Part shown: piece after piece, positions 43,097 through 57,198 of the stretch
Position numbering within the stretch: position 1 is the first letter of the stretch
Layout: every line of letters begins with the position of its first letter
Assembly (NCBI RefSeq): GCF_041146345.1
Contig: NW_027191405.1
Coordinates: forward strand, 124,001 to 188,000
From: Neodothiora populina
Lineage: Eukaryota
Length of the DNA stretch: 64,000 nucleotides
Direction of reading: 5' to 3'
Position numbers and translations under genes: made by a program
The notes under the pieces: generated by a model
The model's input: only the letters and a program-made list of their open reading frames with translations
Told to the model about the DNA's origin: nothing
Databases searched by the model: none

Positions 43097-46000
43097 ATGG
43101 TATCTGGCAGTGGCGAGGGCAAAGCTAGACAGACGTCGGCCAGCAAGTCTTTCTTCTCGCGGCGACACAAGGACAAAGCCCACAGTCAGGGCATTAACCC
43201 CCCGGGCATTGATGTCCACCTCGTGCCTGACCCACCGACGACGCCGACAGCGGTGGCGACGCCTACGACAGCTCATAGTCTACCGGGATCACATTCATCA
43301 AGACATTCCCATCGCAGCTCTGTCAGCACTGTTGATTCTCGTTACTACCACCAGGGAGACCCTGCGGGAGCAGGTGGATTCGCCCCCCAGGCTGGAGTAA
43401 TCACATCCATTCCCTACGATGCTACCAGTCGCAATACGCAGACGCCTATTCCTGTACATTATCTGCCCAAAGATGAGCGTGAACGCCCGCCGAGTCGGGA
43501 TCCTTTGCCTCATCATCTGAACAAGGGTGGCACAGATTTCCATCAATATCCTGCTGTGGATGCGTCAATGCCTCCACCTAAACCTCCGGCACACTCCTCA
43601 CAATATGCTCTCTCGAATGTGGGCAGGAGCGACTCTTATGAGCGCTCCCTATACGATCCTTCCATTAACACACGCGCCTCCTCGGACCAGGCCAGCATTA
43701 GGTCCGACAACTCCCAAGGACGTCAATCGACTGCCTTTTCCATTCACAGCTTTTCTCAAGGTTTTCCCTCCATGTCCTTGGACTCTGGCACTCTGATGCC
43801 TCAGCTTGCCCCAACCTCGACACGTCAGTCCCAGTCTCACAGCATACTCGGGAGTCTCCATCCGTCGGCCGCGAACTCAACTACCTCATTTTCACCGGAC
43901 GGCTTCGTTCTTAACCGCCCTACAGACGACAAGAAGATCGAGCAAGAGTTCATCGAGTTGATGCACAAAAGAGGTTGGAAGAGTTTACCGGAGCAAGCCA
44001 GGCGGCAGATGGAGGCTTATCCTATATCCAAGAAGTGGACACTGGTGCACCAAGATCGACTGGCCGAGTGGCAGGCGGAGCAAAAGAAGAGGCAACACGC
44101 TCGCGCGACTGTAGGCCAGGACCATTCTGTTGGTCTCCTGGGACGAGCAGATGAGGAAGGAAGTCCAGAGTGGTATGTCAGAAAAATCCTCGACAACTCC
44201 ATCTCGCCCAAGTTATTACAGAGTTTGGCTGTCAGCTTGAGGACTCAGCCAATCGGATGGGTCAAGGCGTTTGTCGAAGCGCAGGGTCAGGTGGCTCTGG
44301 CGAACGTCTTAAACAAGATCAATCGAAGGCAAGGCTCAGGGCCAACTCCTGTTTTGGGTTCGACGAGCGACAAAGATCTGGATCGTGAATATGATATTGT
44401 CAAATGTCTCAAAGCCCTAATGAACAACAAATATGGCGCCGATGATGCTCTCGAACATACTCCAGTCGTCATGGCATTGGCTGCCTCACTTATCTCTCCT
44501 CGACTGAACACAAGAAAACTAGTCAGCGAAGTACTCACCTTCTTGTGTCACTGGGCCGACGGTGAAGGCCACCAAAAGGTACTGCAAGCTTTGGACCAGC
44601 TCAAGGCCGCCCAAGGTGAGAATGGTAGATTCGACGCCTGGATGCGCATCGTCGAAGTCACAACCGATGGCCGAGGAAAAATGGGCAGCTTGGTCGGAGC
44701 CAGTGATGAAGTGCGCAGCGGTGGCATTGGTATGGAGAACCTCCTCATGGAGTACGCGGTGGCATCGCTCTTCCTTGTCAACATGATTGTCGATGCCCCA
44801 GATAGAGACTTACATTTGAGATGTCACATTCGCGCCCAGTTCACCGCTTGCGGTATCAAGCGTATCTTGACCAAGATGGAGAGTTTCCAGTACGATGTCA
44901 TTGATAAACAGATTGCGAGGTATCGCCAGAATGAAATCATCGACTATGAGGACCTGCTCGAGCAGGAGAACAATAGCATTCTCGATCCTGCGCAGGAGGA
45001 GATGAAGGATCTCAACGATCCCAAGCAGATCGTCGAGGCTATCATGTCGAAGGTGGAAGGAAGCGCATCTGGCGACTACTTCGTGTCCGCGCTACAACAT
45101 CTCTTGCTTATCAGAGACAATGAGGGTGAGGACCGCCTGCGCATGTTTCAGCTGGTAGATGCCATGTTGAGCTATGTCGCTATGGATCGTCGCTTGCCTG
45201 ATATGGATCTCAAGCAGAGCCTCAACTTTACCGTTCAGAGTCTTATGGACAAGTTGTATACCGACTCTGAAGCCAGACAAGCCCGCGATGAAGCTATCGA
45301 AGCCCGTCAGATTGCCGAGTCAGCGCTCGCGGAGCGCGACGAGATGCGCGCCCAGATCGCACTCGGAGCCGATGGCATGGTTGCGAAGCTGAAGAAACAA
45401 CTCGCTGAGCAGACCGCCATCATCGACTTGCAGCAGAGACAACTCGAGGCCTACAAGGCCGAAATTGCCGAGATCCAGCGACTGCGCGCCCAGGAGCTCC
45501 AACGCAATGAACTAGAGACTCGAGAACTGTATCTTATGCTTCGAGATGCCCAGGATATCGCAGCCTCGCACGCGAAAGCTGCCGGCAAAGATGGCGTCGC
45601 ACACGCCGCTGCTATGCAAGGTATTATGGATCGTGAGAAGCTCATGGACAAACTCCAGATGCAACTCGAGAGGGCCAAGACCCAAGCGAAACTGGAAGGC
45701 AAAGTCTGGCAGCAAGTCAGCCCATCGGATAAGCTTCGTGAGCTGCGTGAGCAGATGGAAGGCGGCATGGGCGATGAAGAACAGTCAGCATTCGCAGACC
45801 GTCTCACGCAGAATGGCTACCTTGGCAGTGCTAGAGGCCGCAGTGGTATATCCAGAAAGCCCGTTGGTGGACATATCAGAGTCGGCAGTGATGCCAGTAT
45901 GGCTGACGACGATGATGATGCTGTGTATGAGAAGCCTCGCATTGTCGAACTGATACGACCAAAGGTTAGCTCTGCCGTGGCAAGTTCTGCCCAGGCTGGC

Positions 46001-48905
46001 TATCTCAGCGACATCACCGCCAAAGTACCCAAGATTGACGCCAGCGACGATGAAGGTGATGGAGTTACCACAGGCCCCTCGCACCCAAGTCTCGACTCAG
46101 ACACGCCAAGAACGCCGTCAGACCCGACTTCAGGAGGCATTCCAGGCGGCGTGCTAGGTGGTGTTCCTGGTGGTATTCCTGGTGGTGTCCCTGGTGGTTT
46201 CGCAGGTGGTATTCCAGGGGGTGTCCCCGGAAGCGTCCCAGGAGGAGTACCTGGTGGCGTACCAGGTGGTATACCAGGCGGTGTACCGGGAGGCATCCCG
46301 GGCGGGGTCCCTGGCGGGTTCCCAGGAGGCAGTTTCACAGGTCAAGGACCGCCACCTCCTCCACCCATGCCTGGCTCTTTCGATGGAACACCGGCCCCAC
46401 CAGCGCCTCCCATGTCCGGTTTCTCAGGACCGCCACCTCCTCCACCCCCTCCAGGACCTCCAGGATCGAATTTCGGCGGCCCAGCTCCGCCACCTCCTCC
46501 GCCCATGCCTGGCTTTTCCGCTGGTGGTCCTCCGCCACCCCCTCCTCCACCTATGCCAGGTTTCAGTGGCGGCCCTCCACCGCCTCCCCCACCTCCCCCT
46601 GGTATGGGGGGTCCTCCGCCTCCACCGCCTCCACCCGGTGCACCTCCTATGCCTGGTGGTAGAAAGGGTGGCTTCCTGCCATCAGCTCCTATGATGCCCG
46701 GGGCTTCTTCTGTCGGACTTGGCTTCGCTCGCCCTAAGAAGAAGCTGAAGGCTCTTCATTGGGAGAAGGTTGATTCTCCTGAAGTCACCATGTGGGCGCA
46801 GCACGCGCCGACCCCTGGATCCAAGGAAGAGCATTACGCTGAACTTAGCAAGAAAGGTATTCTTGACGAGATTGAGCGGCTGTTCATGGCGAAGGAGATC
46901 AAGGCTATTGGCAAGAAGGACTCGAAGAAGAGCGATAAGAAGCAGATTATTGCCAGCAACTTGATGCAGAAGTTTCAGATCTCCATGGCAGTCTTCTCTC
47001 AGCGCGAGGTTGACGATATTGTGAACATGATTGTTCATTGCGACAAGGAGATACTTGAGAATCCCGTCGTCATGGACTTCTTGCAACATGAAGATATGTG
47101 TGTCATCCCTGACAACACGTCCAAGTTGATGGCACCGTACAGCAAGGACTGGACGGGTCCCGACGCACTGAGGACGCCGCGTGAGCAGGATCCAAACGAG
47201 CTCACAAGAGAAGACCAGCTCTATCTGTTCACTGCATTCGAGCTGCATCACTATTGGAAGGCTAGGATGAGAGCATTGATGCTCACAAGGACTTTTGAGC
47301 AGGAGTACGACGAAATCTCTGATAAGCTCAAGATGGTTGTCTCGACTTCTGAATCTCTGCGTGACTCTGTCAGACTGATGCCGGTCTTTGGACTTATTCT
47401 TGACATCGGTAATTACATGAACGACTCCAATAAGCAGGCCATCGGTTTCAAGCTAAGCTCGCTTGCGCGACTTGGCATGGTCAAGGATGATAAGAACGAA
47501 TCGACACTGATGGATTATGTCGAGCGGGTTGTCAGAAGACAATATCCACAGTGGGCTGACTTCCCCGAGGACATTGCCGGCGTGGCTGTCGCGCAGAAGC
47601 TTAACGTCGAGCAACTTGCCGTAGATGCGAAGAGGTACATTGATAACATCAAGAATGTCCAGCAATCACTCGACGCCGGTAATTTGAGCGATGCTCGCAA
47701 ATTCCATCCGGAGGACCGCGTGAGTCAGGTCGTCCAGAGGTCAATGAAGGAAGCTAGACGGAAGGCAGAGCAGATGCAAGTCTATCTCGATGAGATGAAG
47801 CGGGTCTACGATGATATTCTTACTTTCTTCGGCGATGACAACAAAGACGAGAACGCTCGTAGAGAGTTCTTCACCAAGCTTGCTAACTTTGTCAACGAAT
47901 ACAAGGTATGTGTCGAGTAGTGAAGGAGTCACGAGAAGATCTGCTAACGAATTGTGACTACAGCGATCCCGAGACAAGAACGTCACATCCGAAGAGACTC
48001 AACGTCGCAATGAGATATCTATGCGTCGTAAACAACAAGCAACTGTTGGTCAAACTCTCGCAGCCAGCATCGGCGAGAGCGGACCACCATCACCGGCGTC
48101 AACTGGTGCCATGGACAGTCTGCTGGAGAAGCTGCGAGCAGCAGCACCACAGACACGCGATACTCGCGACAGAAGACGACGCGCACGTCTCAACGACCGA
48201 CACCAACGACGGGTTGCCTCAGGACAACAAGCGCCAGAGGTCGCGGGCGTGGCAGATCCAAGCGCCGAAGATGCTCCACTCAGCCCCGAGTCTGTCGCTC
48301 GACCGGGCTCTTCAGACAAGAGTCTGGCTCCCGGCGAGAACGATGCAGGCGCTATTTCGGAAGGTGAAGACGTCGCCGAACGTGCTGCATCTCTCATGCA
48401 GAGCCTAAGAGCAGACGGGCCCGATGCCGACCCCCCTATCAGAGACGAGAGTCTGCGGGTGCGACGAAGGAGAGACCATGCAGATGACGAGCGAGCTCGG
48501 CGACGACGGCGGAGGGCGGGTCAGACGTCGACCAGTGACGTGCCGCATGTTACCATCCATGAGGAAGGGGAAGGCGGCGAGCATACTCGACCAGGCACCG
48601 CTGTGACGGAAACGGAGTCTGTCACATCTTCCAAAGACGGAGGCTACAGATCACCTCTCGCTTCACCGCCCTTGCCATCACCGCCGATCACGATCGTCAG
48701 TCCTCCGTCTCCTACCACATCACATCACGGCGACGATCACGCTGCTCAAAGTCAAAACAACCGCGACGGCGACGGCGACGTTGACGACGACGCGCACTCC
48801 GAAGTCGACAGTTTTTCGACACCAATGGAAGAGACGCAGCAAATGCCGACTCCTGGGCCAGAAGAGTCGGAGGATGGCGAAGACCAGCAGCAGCCGAAGG
48901 ATTGA
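43097..48905 (+). CDS. sepA: Formin (GBD/FH3-FH1-FH2-DAD), SepA/Bni1 type
   Basis: [16 protein letters not shown], poly-Pro FH1 at ~46350-46650, FH2 [12 protein letters not shown]...GNYMN...[19 protein letters not shown]; intron 47906-47963. Confidence 0.97.
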
Positions 48906-49414
48906 GAGACGCGACAGAGAGAGAAAAAACATATATTTAGGTGGATTTGTTTTCCACACTGTCCGTTGAAACGTTTGGGTTTTGTCAACCATTCTATATA
49001 CCCATTTCTTTCTTATCCGCTTCTTCTTCATTCTCCTTCTTGAGTGGGCTGTTTGTACGTCTTGTTATCTTTGGACTTTGCATCACCGAACCTTCCTCTT
49101 CCCATCTCTTTTCTTATCGCTGCCTCCTTTGCGTGTATGTTTGCACGGATGCGTGTCTGTGTGTCGGACATCGTCATTCTGGTTATTATTGTCATACTTC
49201 CTTCTAGACGGAAACCCCATTTGCAGACAGACGAACGTGTGTCTTGGTATGGCATGGCTTGCTTTATTCTCCTTTCCCTCTAGACTTTTCTTCGCGAGTG
49301 GAAGCCCACGAAGCACTACACACCTCTCTCTATATGTAATTACTATTCTGGCAGCCTTGTTCGTTCTTCTTCCTATAAATCTACCCACCTAGCTACCTAC
49401 TTTACTTACACACT

Positions 49415-49450
<36 letters not shown>
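49415..49450. repeat. (TAC)12 microsatellite downstream of the formin
   Basis: Direct reading. Confidence 0.95.
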
Positions 49451-49452
<2 letters not shown>

Positions 49453-50240
49453 TTTCTTGTTCCTTTAAGCTACTGCTTCACATTAGACTATAACCTCCAT
49501 ATCATCGAATCCACAATGTTCAATTTCAGCTTCAGCTTCAATCTCGATAGCCTCGTATTAATTCAAGTCATTCAGAGTCGTCATTTTTGCTGTTTAATGG
49601 GGTTCATCAAGAAGTGAGATAATGGAAGTTTGTTTATTGGTGTCCATTTTTCTGACTGATAGGCTTCGATCTAAGGAGTGGGTGGTGGAGGCTTGTGTAT
49701 CAATTTGCATGCTTCCTTTGGTATAAGCATTATCAAGAAGTTGAATGGCGGGTTTTCTAGGCATCGGTCTGCCTTTCCTTCTTTGCGATGGGGTTCGATC
49801 GAGAAGTAGGTAGTGTGTTCTCACATTTGTGTTTCTACTCTTATTTCGATAGGGTTTAATTTAAGGAGTGAGATGGTGGGGTTTGGTTATTAGTCTGTAT
49901 TTTCCTTGCTATAGAAGGGCTTGTCCAAGAATTAGGCAGTCGTTTTGTATTGTGTTGCTTTGGATTGACTTGTAGGGTTGACATGGAATGGAAAGGTTTA
50001 GTTGGATGTACGGTATTAATTGTATCTTTTGTGTTCTCGCTTCAATGGATATATGTTGGTTCGTCGTGCTGGGGTAATTTCTTGCTGGCTTGCTTGCTTG
50101 CTTCCCTTCTTACCTTTCGTGGGGCAAGGTTCTTCGCCCATCGTTTCAATGTGATATCTTCCCAGGTCCTAGTCTGTCCCTGCGCTATAGTGCAGTACGG
50201 CTCAGCCACTCAAGATACCAAAAGAAGACTACAGCCAGCT

Positions 50241-53200
50241 CTAAAAGTTCATCTTGAGTTCAATCCTCGGCCGTCCCCCATCAGCGCCCTCATCATTCTC
50301 ACCTCTCCCAGCGCTACCATCCTGCCCTGCTCGCGCAGCCGCACCTTTCTGCAGAATGACGCCGAGATACGTCTTCATCTCCGGGTCCATGCGCGCCACG
50401 ACGGCTTTGAATGCCGCTGCGTCGGCGCTAACGAGCTCGAGCAGACGCGTGGCGGTTTCGGACTCTGTTGCTTCTGAGGCGTCGGCGTGAGCGCGCGCGA
50501 GGAGGGTGGGCAGAGTGATGGTGTAGAGGACTGGTTTGTTTGACGAGGAGGCGGTGAAGGACGTTAGTGTGGATGCGAGGAGGGTGCGGCATTCGTCCAT
50601 TCCTTCGAGGTCGGAGGGGCGGGTTAAGAAGGTCATGATTTTGGGCAGGAATTTGGCGGATGTTATGGAGGCTATGGCGGGGGTGGATGAGGAGTGGAGG
50701 AGCAGCGATCGGATGCAGCCCGCGGCCATCTTGTTCGTCATGCGGTTGTCGACGCAGTCGCATAGTTCGTCGAGGAAGCGTGATAGGATTGATGTTTCAC
50801 TCGTTGCTGTGGTGGTGGCTATTGCTTCTGCGCTGGAGGAGGATGAGTTGGGTCGTGGCTGTTCTGCGAACGCTGCGGAAGCCGAAGTCACGAGCATGGT
50901 CCCAGCTAACAGTGTGTTCTTCTCGGCCAATAGCGCGTGTTCGATCTCGCGCTTTTGTGCATTCTTGATGACAAGTGAAAAGCGCGATAGCGTTGCTTGT
51001 ATCTGTGTCTTGCTATCCTCCTTCAATTTAACGTCGTCCACAATGTCGACTATGAAACGGCGGAAGATTGGCAGAGCCTGTGGGACGAGCAGCGGCTGAC
51101 AGAAAGGAGAAGAGAGGATTATGGTGAAAATGTGGAAAATGCAAGCATGAAGGTCGGACTTGATGATGTTTGGGAAGACGGATGATGCGTTGACCAGAGC
51201 ATCAAGACTGATGACAGCAAGATTAATGCTCTCATCTGTCATGCCGGCTGCGGTCATGTTACTCCTGTTGGCCTCTGGCCCGAGGCCTGGGATCAAGCCT
51301 GCGAGAACAAGAACAATGATACGTGTCAGCTCGAACAATTGGTCAATGTCGTCTGACAGGTGGTCGTTGTCTTCTTCGGTAACACCATGACGCGACGATG
51401 GGTGGCCCATGCAAAGGTTGCGAGCAATTTCCACTATCGCAGTCTGCACATCTGCACTTTCGGTAAGGACCATTCTGTCTAGCAGATCCATGGTCTCGGC
51501 GAAGACCACCTCTTGGTAGATGGCGTTTCCAGACACTGAAGGACGGAGGATCCTTTTCAATGCCAGCAGAATCTCCAGCGTTCGTACACTCGTCGAAGAA
51601 GTATCCCTGTTTGAGGACGGTCTTGTGACCAAGGCTTCGAAAACAAGACCAAAGAGAACAAAGAAAAAGGCCACAGGCTCCTCTCGGTAGTTAATGGCAC
51701 TGTTGCGACGGGTAGATACTGATTTGCTCGGTCCATCGCCTTGTGACTCTCCTTCCGCGTTAGTGGCAGGGTCAAGGTTACCGTCAAGCGCGTCGAAGAC
51801 GAAGTCGCTGTCTTCATCGATGAGACTAGCGATGGCGTCAACGAGGTTAAGCCATGAATCTTGGTAGAACTATGAGAGATGTTAGCAACTTCGAACTTCT
51901 GCAGCTAGCTGGGAGTGAGAAATGTCTTACCTTCAACAATGTTTGCCTGTTCAAAGCGGCATACAATGTCTCCAGATCCCCAGATAGAGGCGCAGTGCCA
52001 GTAACACTGGAGATATCAGGCTCAAACCGCAGCCGCGAGTATTCCTGCAAGGAAGACAGCCAGAGTGGTGTCAATCGAGCAACGTGTGGCCTCAAGACAT
52101 CCACCAGGTACCTTTGCTCAGCACTAGCAACTTGAAGACCAGCCCAGGCGGAGTAGACAGCCATGCGGACCATAACTTGAGCGTTTGAGCTGAGTCCTTT
52201 GAGTTCGCCAACAGTTGCCGTTTCGGCATCAGGATCTAGGAGAAGTCAGCTTTAGTCAACAGGTCACCGACACTACACTGCCGTGTGTATAGTAGATCAT
52301 CTCATCACATCTTCGACGACTCTGACGAATGCAACATACTTGAAAAGTTCTCGAGCGCCGACACCAGCAACTTCAATATCCTACCCATGCGGTCCACGTC
52401 CCGAACGATACCGATGGAGATGAACGTAGCACAAACATTGATCGCCTCAGCAGCTAGCTCAGGGCTAGAATCTGCGGCAAAGGCTGGCGTCAGCGCAGAC
52501 GAGATCTGCGCCTGATACTGTTCCAACAGCATCGCCTCAGTAAAGTCCGGGTCAGGTGTACCGCCGAAGAGCTTCAAAATCTGATCAATTATGCGCAGAC
52601 CCTTGACCCTAAGTCCCACAACACTTGCTGTACTTGCCGAAAACGCAATTTTGATGACTTCTGCGACCCTTTGTTGTAAAACAGACAGTGCCAGAGTTTC
52701 ATCGCTCGCGGCAAAGTCTTTGCTTATTGTGTTCAACAACTCATTGAGCAAGTCCATGGCGAAAAGCCTGACTTGCCACCTCATGAGCTCCATAGTGCTT
52801 GTGGGTGCAGCATTCTCTTCTTCGTCCTTGGCTCCTCCAGCAGAAGCAAATCCAGCCGCTTCCTCGTCTTGCAAGTCAGGACCAGCGGACTTGGGTTTGG
52901 CTGAGTTCTTCTGGGCAGCTTCATCAACGCGAGCTTTGGACTTTGTGAGTACAGAGCTGATCCGCTGGATCCAGCCCTCGGTGTCTACGAGACCGGTCTG
53001 GGAGAGCCAGTTCGTGAAAATTCCTCTGACGATCTCTTGGCCTGGGTCCTGGTCTAGAATCTCCCATAGCTTCTCCTCGAGCCCGGGGTCTGCAGTACGG
53101 ATGATCTCCTCGGTGTCCCTTCGCATCAGATTTGCTAGACCTTCGATAGCGATATCCTGCACTTCGAGAGAGGGATGATCGAGATCTTGCTGTAGTCGCT

Positions 53201-56200
53201 TGACATAGATGGAGAACTCCATCTGCCCTGGTGCGTATACAGACAGGTCACCGAGACATCTCGTCGATTCGACAAGAGCAAGAGAGTCATCTTCAAGTTG
53301 AAGTTGGCCTATGAGTGTGAGCATCATGTTCCTCGGCTTGGCCATTTCCTGAAGGTCAGGGCCCAGGACATTGATCAAGGAGTCTACACATCTCGCATTC
53401 ACAGCAGTGGTAGCAAGAGTCATCTCAAGATCAGACGACGCTTGTGAAGGCCCTTCTGCGTTGTGACTATCGAGGACATACAGCTGGCCCAGCAGACCGA
53501 TGGTGCTGGAGACGTAACCGGAGTACGTCAAGCCAGCCGAGTCCACGACCTTGCATAAGCTCTCCAGGGCCCAGAAATGCACGACAGGGTGCGGGTCTGC
53601 GGCCAAGGACATCAAAATGCCTAGGATGTTCTTGAGATGAAAGCCAGCAGCCATACCACCAAGCTGAGCGTGGATACACGCTAGCGCTGATGCGCAACCA
53701 GATCTAGCATGCGGTTCACGATTTGAGACGATGAGATTGATGAGCTCTTGTACTTCGCGCGTCGTGAGATCGTTACCACATGTACTGCATAGTCTTCCGA
53801 GCGCTTCAGCGGCTATGGTGCGTATGCTTGGGTCGGGATCGATGACGAAAGCGTGAAGCATCTGCTGTAACGTCTTCTCTGCTGTAGCGCTCTGGATCTG
53901 CTTCGAAGGAGTCGTAGCCTCGCCGTTGGAGACTTTGAGTGCGATCAGAACCGCCAGAGCAACATTCGCCGTAAGAGCCGCCCTCTGGGCTGGGTCCTTT
54001 TGTGCGGCCATGGATGATAGAAAAGAAGAGATTTGTTCGAGGATACTCTCTTGTATCTTTGGCGACTGATGAGAGAACACTAGGGCGAATATACCTATAG
54101 CAGTATTGATGACTTCTGTGATTGGTGGTTGTGGCTGCACATCGTTACCATCATCGGCTACGTTGACGTAAGAAGTAGTCGAGTCGTGTTCCCAAGCACC
54201 ACAGATAGGGGAGAGAAGAGTGGTATCAATGTATGCCTCGGCATTGTCGTGCGTCGTCCAGTGAGTCTCGGCTTTCCGACTCTCAAATCGTGTGTATTCA
54301 TAGTCCAGCCCCTTCATGAGTCCGTTGACGCCAAAGCCGAACTGATCACCAACGCTCCATATGCTTTCAAATGCTCCTGCAGAACTGGCGATCGACACGG
54401 CGAATGATGATGCGCCGTAGCGTTCGGGATCCGCAAAAGAAGACACAGCCAGGGGCAAAATGTTCGACTGCATTGCGATCTCAGCAGCACCCAAGGAGCT
54501 CGATGTGACGAGCGAGGTGTAGCATTGAAAGACACGTCTGCGAACCATATGATCGAAATCGATGAGTTGCAAAGATGGCGATAGACGCTGCGTCCTGTCT
54601 TCCGCAGTCTTTTTCTCTGGTAGGGCAGCTAAAAAAGCGGCCGTGTTTTGCAGCATCCCTGCGAGTCTCTTGGAAACATCCGAGGTCAGGAGCTTTGTGT
54701 TGTATTGCAAGAATGCCATGAGAGCAGCGAGGGCGCACTCCCGCACGTGTGCAAGAAAGTTCAGCTCGAGTATGGTGCGTTTGTTCATATTTGGAAGTGG
54801 AAGCGGCAAGGCGTTCTTCCAGAGAAGCAGCAGCTGCGAGAGGTGGATCTTGACAAAATTAGGGCCAAGCGACATCAAACCGCCAATCATGATCCATGCG
54901 ACTTGGACCTGGGTGCTCGAAACACGTAGATCGGAAGCACTACTGGACTTGAGTTGCGATGTGGCCGTGGTCAAGACTCGTGAGTAGACATCGACGGATC
55001 CATAGAGAGGCTGCTTGTCGCAAGCACTCAGCACGGCAGCCAGACCATTGGCATAGCCGAGGCAACGTCTCGGGCCTTGCTTCTGCGTCCCCAGAAAACC
55101 CAACTCTCTCGTGACGCTGTTGGTACAAATGGTGACTGTGGGCAAGAGCTGCTGAGGACAGGCGAGAACGAAGGCTCTCATGCATCTCGATGCATGAACC
55201 TGGACGGTGTAGCTCGGGTGCTGTATGACTTGTAGGAGACCTTCACGGCAGATATCGGCTATTGTGTTCACAACGGCATCTAGCTCCCTGATAAGAGATG
55301 TGAGCATACTCAGGGCGGCGGTCAATGCCTGTTTAGTGGGCTCTGGACGTTCTTTGAGAACCTGGGGATAGTCTTTGATGATGTCGTTGACTATGAACCT
55401 TGCTGCATTCAATTGTGAAGTTTCACCCAGCATACTTTGCACGACTTCCTGCATCAGTATGCGGACAAATTTCCTCGTGATGAGATTGCGATATCTGTTG
55501 TGAACAAGACTTGGGTGTGACAGTAGGTCATTGCAAAAGTGTCTAGCAATGTCCGAGTAGTAGTGCTCAACAACACTCTCTCCGAGTCGAGTGAAGATGT
55601 ACTTGTAGCACACAGCGATACCCGCTCGGGCGCGGTTACTTGTGATTGGACGGCAATAATGTACTGATAACTGCCTCAGTATTTCGGGAAGGCTGTAAGA
55701 CAAGGCAGTGATAGGTTTTGAGGATGGCGTCGAAGGTCGCTCTGGTTCTTCATCGGGCTCCTCGTTCGGGTTCATCTTCTTCGTCTTCTTGGACTTCTTG
55801 CTCTTCGCAAGCAATTCGCGATTGGGGAGCTCAGAGTGACTCTTGACAAGCACGGCAGCCAGACAAGAAGCGGCGGCGTGTCGAACTGGTATGGAAGCGC
55901 TCTCGAGCGTCTTCCAAATGACCGTTTGCAGTTTCTCGTAATCGTTAGAGTTGTCGAAATATGAGGTACAGACGACCATCTGCTCCAGGCACCAGCATGC
56001 GCCAGACTGAACCAGAAGTGCTTTGTCGGCAGGTGCAGCATTGCGAGCGGACTTCCATATGTCCCTTGCAACTTGTTCATCGCACGAGTCGCCGATGCCT
56101 CTGATGACGCGACCCAGCGCTCTGTATATAGCATTCCTCAATCCAGCGTGAGCAGAAGCAGATTTCAGTAGCTTCAGAATGGCGGTACAGGTCATGCCAG

Positions 56201-56661
56201 ACAAGCTGATGGCACTATCTCCCGCAGCCTCATAGATGGCGCCCAGACAGTGTACAGCTGCATGTTTTGCTTTGAGGTCTTTCTCTCTTCCTGCGCTAAT
56301 AATGGCTACCAGGTCGTTGATGGACTCGTACAACAGCTTTCGACTGCCTTTTTCGAAGACACCAGCGAAACAGCGACCCAGATTGTTTCGTATCACTCGA
56401 GTCGGGGCTGGAGACGAGAGGTTGACGATCTGGAGCAGCTCCTTCTTGATCCAGATCTGCTCGGCGGAGGCGCCATCAGCGTCCAAAGATGCAACATGGC
56501 GAGTTAGGTCTGACGTGAAAGTCAATAGATACAGGTCCTGTTGTTCCGAGGGTAATGAATGTAATTTCTTGACGTCTAATTGGAAGGTCGAATCGTGTGC
56601 GGCCGATGAAGGCGTATGTGGCGGTGCTCCTGCTCCTGTGGTTCCTGCCGATACTGTCGTG

Positions 56662-56729
<68 letters not shown>

Positions 56730-56816
56730 CGCTGATGCTGGAGCTCCTGCTGTTTGGGGATGCGAGGCAGCAGACGCAGGGGGCTGCTGGCCTTCGCCAT
56801 TTACTTCCGTGACCAT
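50241..56816 (-). CDS. LAA1: Large HEAT-repeat AP-1 accessory protein (Laa1/Sip1/HEATR5)
   Basis: About 2100 aa alpha-solenoid; LPSEQQDLYLL, LLEQYQAQISSALTPAF, FYQDSWLNLVDAIASL, C-terminal IELKMNF; introns 52236-52339 and 51870-51930. Confidence 0.92.
56662..56727. repeat. (GTTGCT)11 coding hexanucleotide repeat giving an Ala-Thr dipeptide run in the Laa1 N-terminus
   Basis: Direct reading; in frame with the 52305-56816 ORF. Confidence 0.95.
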
Positions 56817-57198
56817 GGTGAAAGTCGTGGGTCAATTCGGGGAAACAGACGGTCTATAATTCAACCATCCATGACTCCAGCGTGTCTTCATATGTCGCTT
56901 ATTTCTTTGTATTTCTCATTTAGATGGCGATAATTCATAGAGGTCGAGGATAGTAAGGTGTACAATACAATGCTCCCACCTCTCCGCATTTGGAAAACCC
57001 CCGAACGCTCGCCGCAATCTCCAGAGTCTTGGCGCATGCTTACTTTGTGCATCTGTCTCTGCTGACTTCCAAGTTCCCCAGATGCATAATCCTGCATAAT
57101 GCTATGCATGCCAAAAGAAGAAACACAGAAAGTCGTGATCCACAGTCCAGATGCAGAGACAACGATAATGGTTCCGTCTACATCTCTCACACATCCAG

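Noticed and set aside
56476..56859. Poly-Q, poly-L, (SN)n and (VA)n ORFs
   Set aside because: Alternative frames of the single GTTGCT microsatellite within LAA1.
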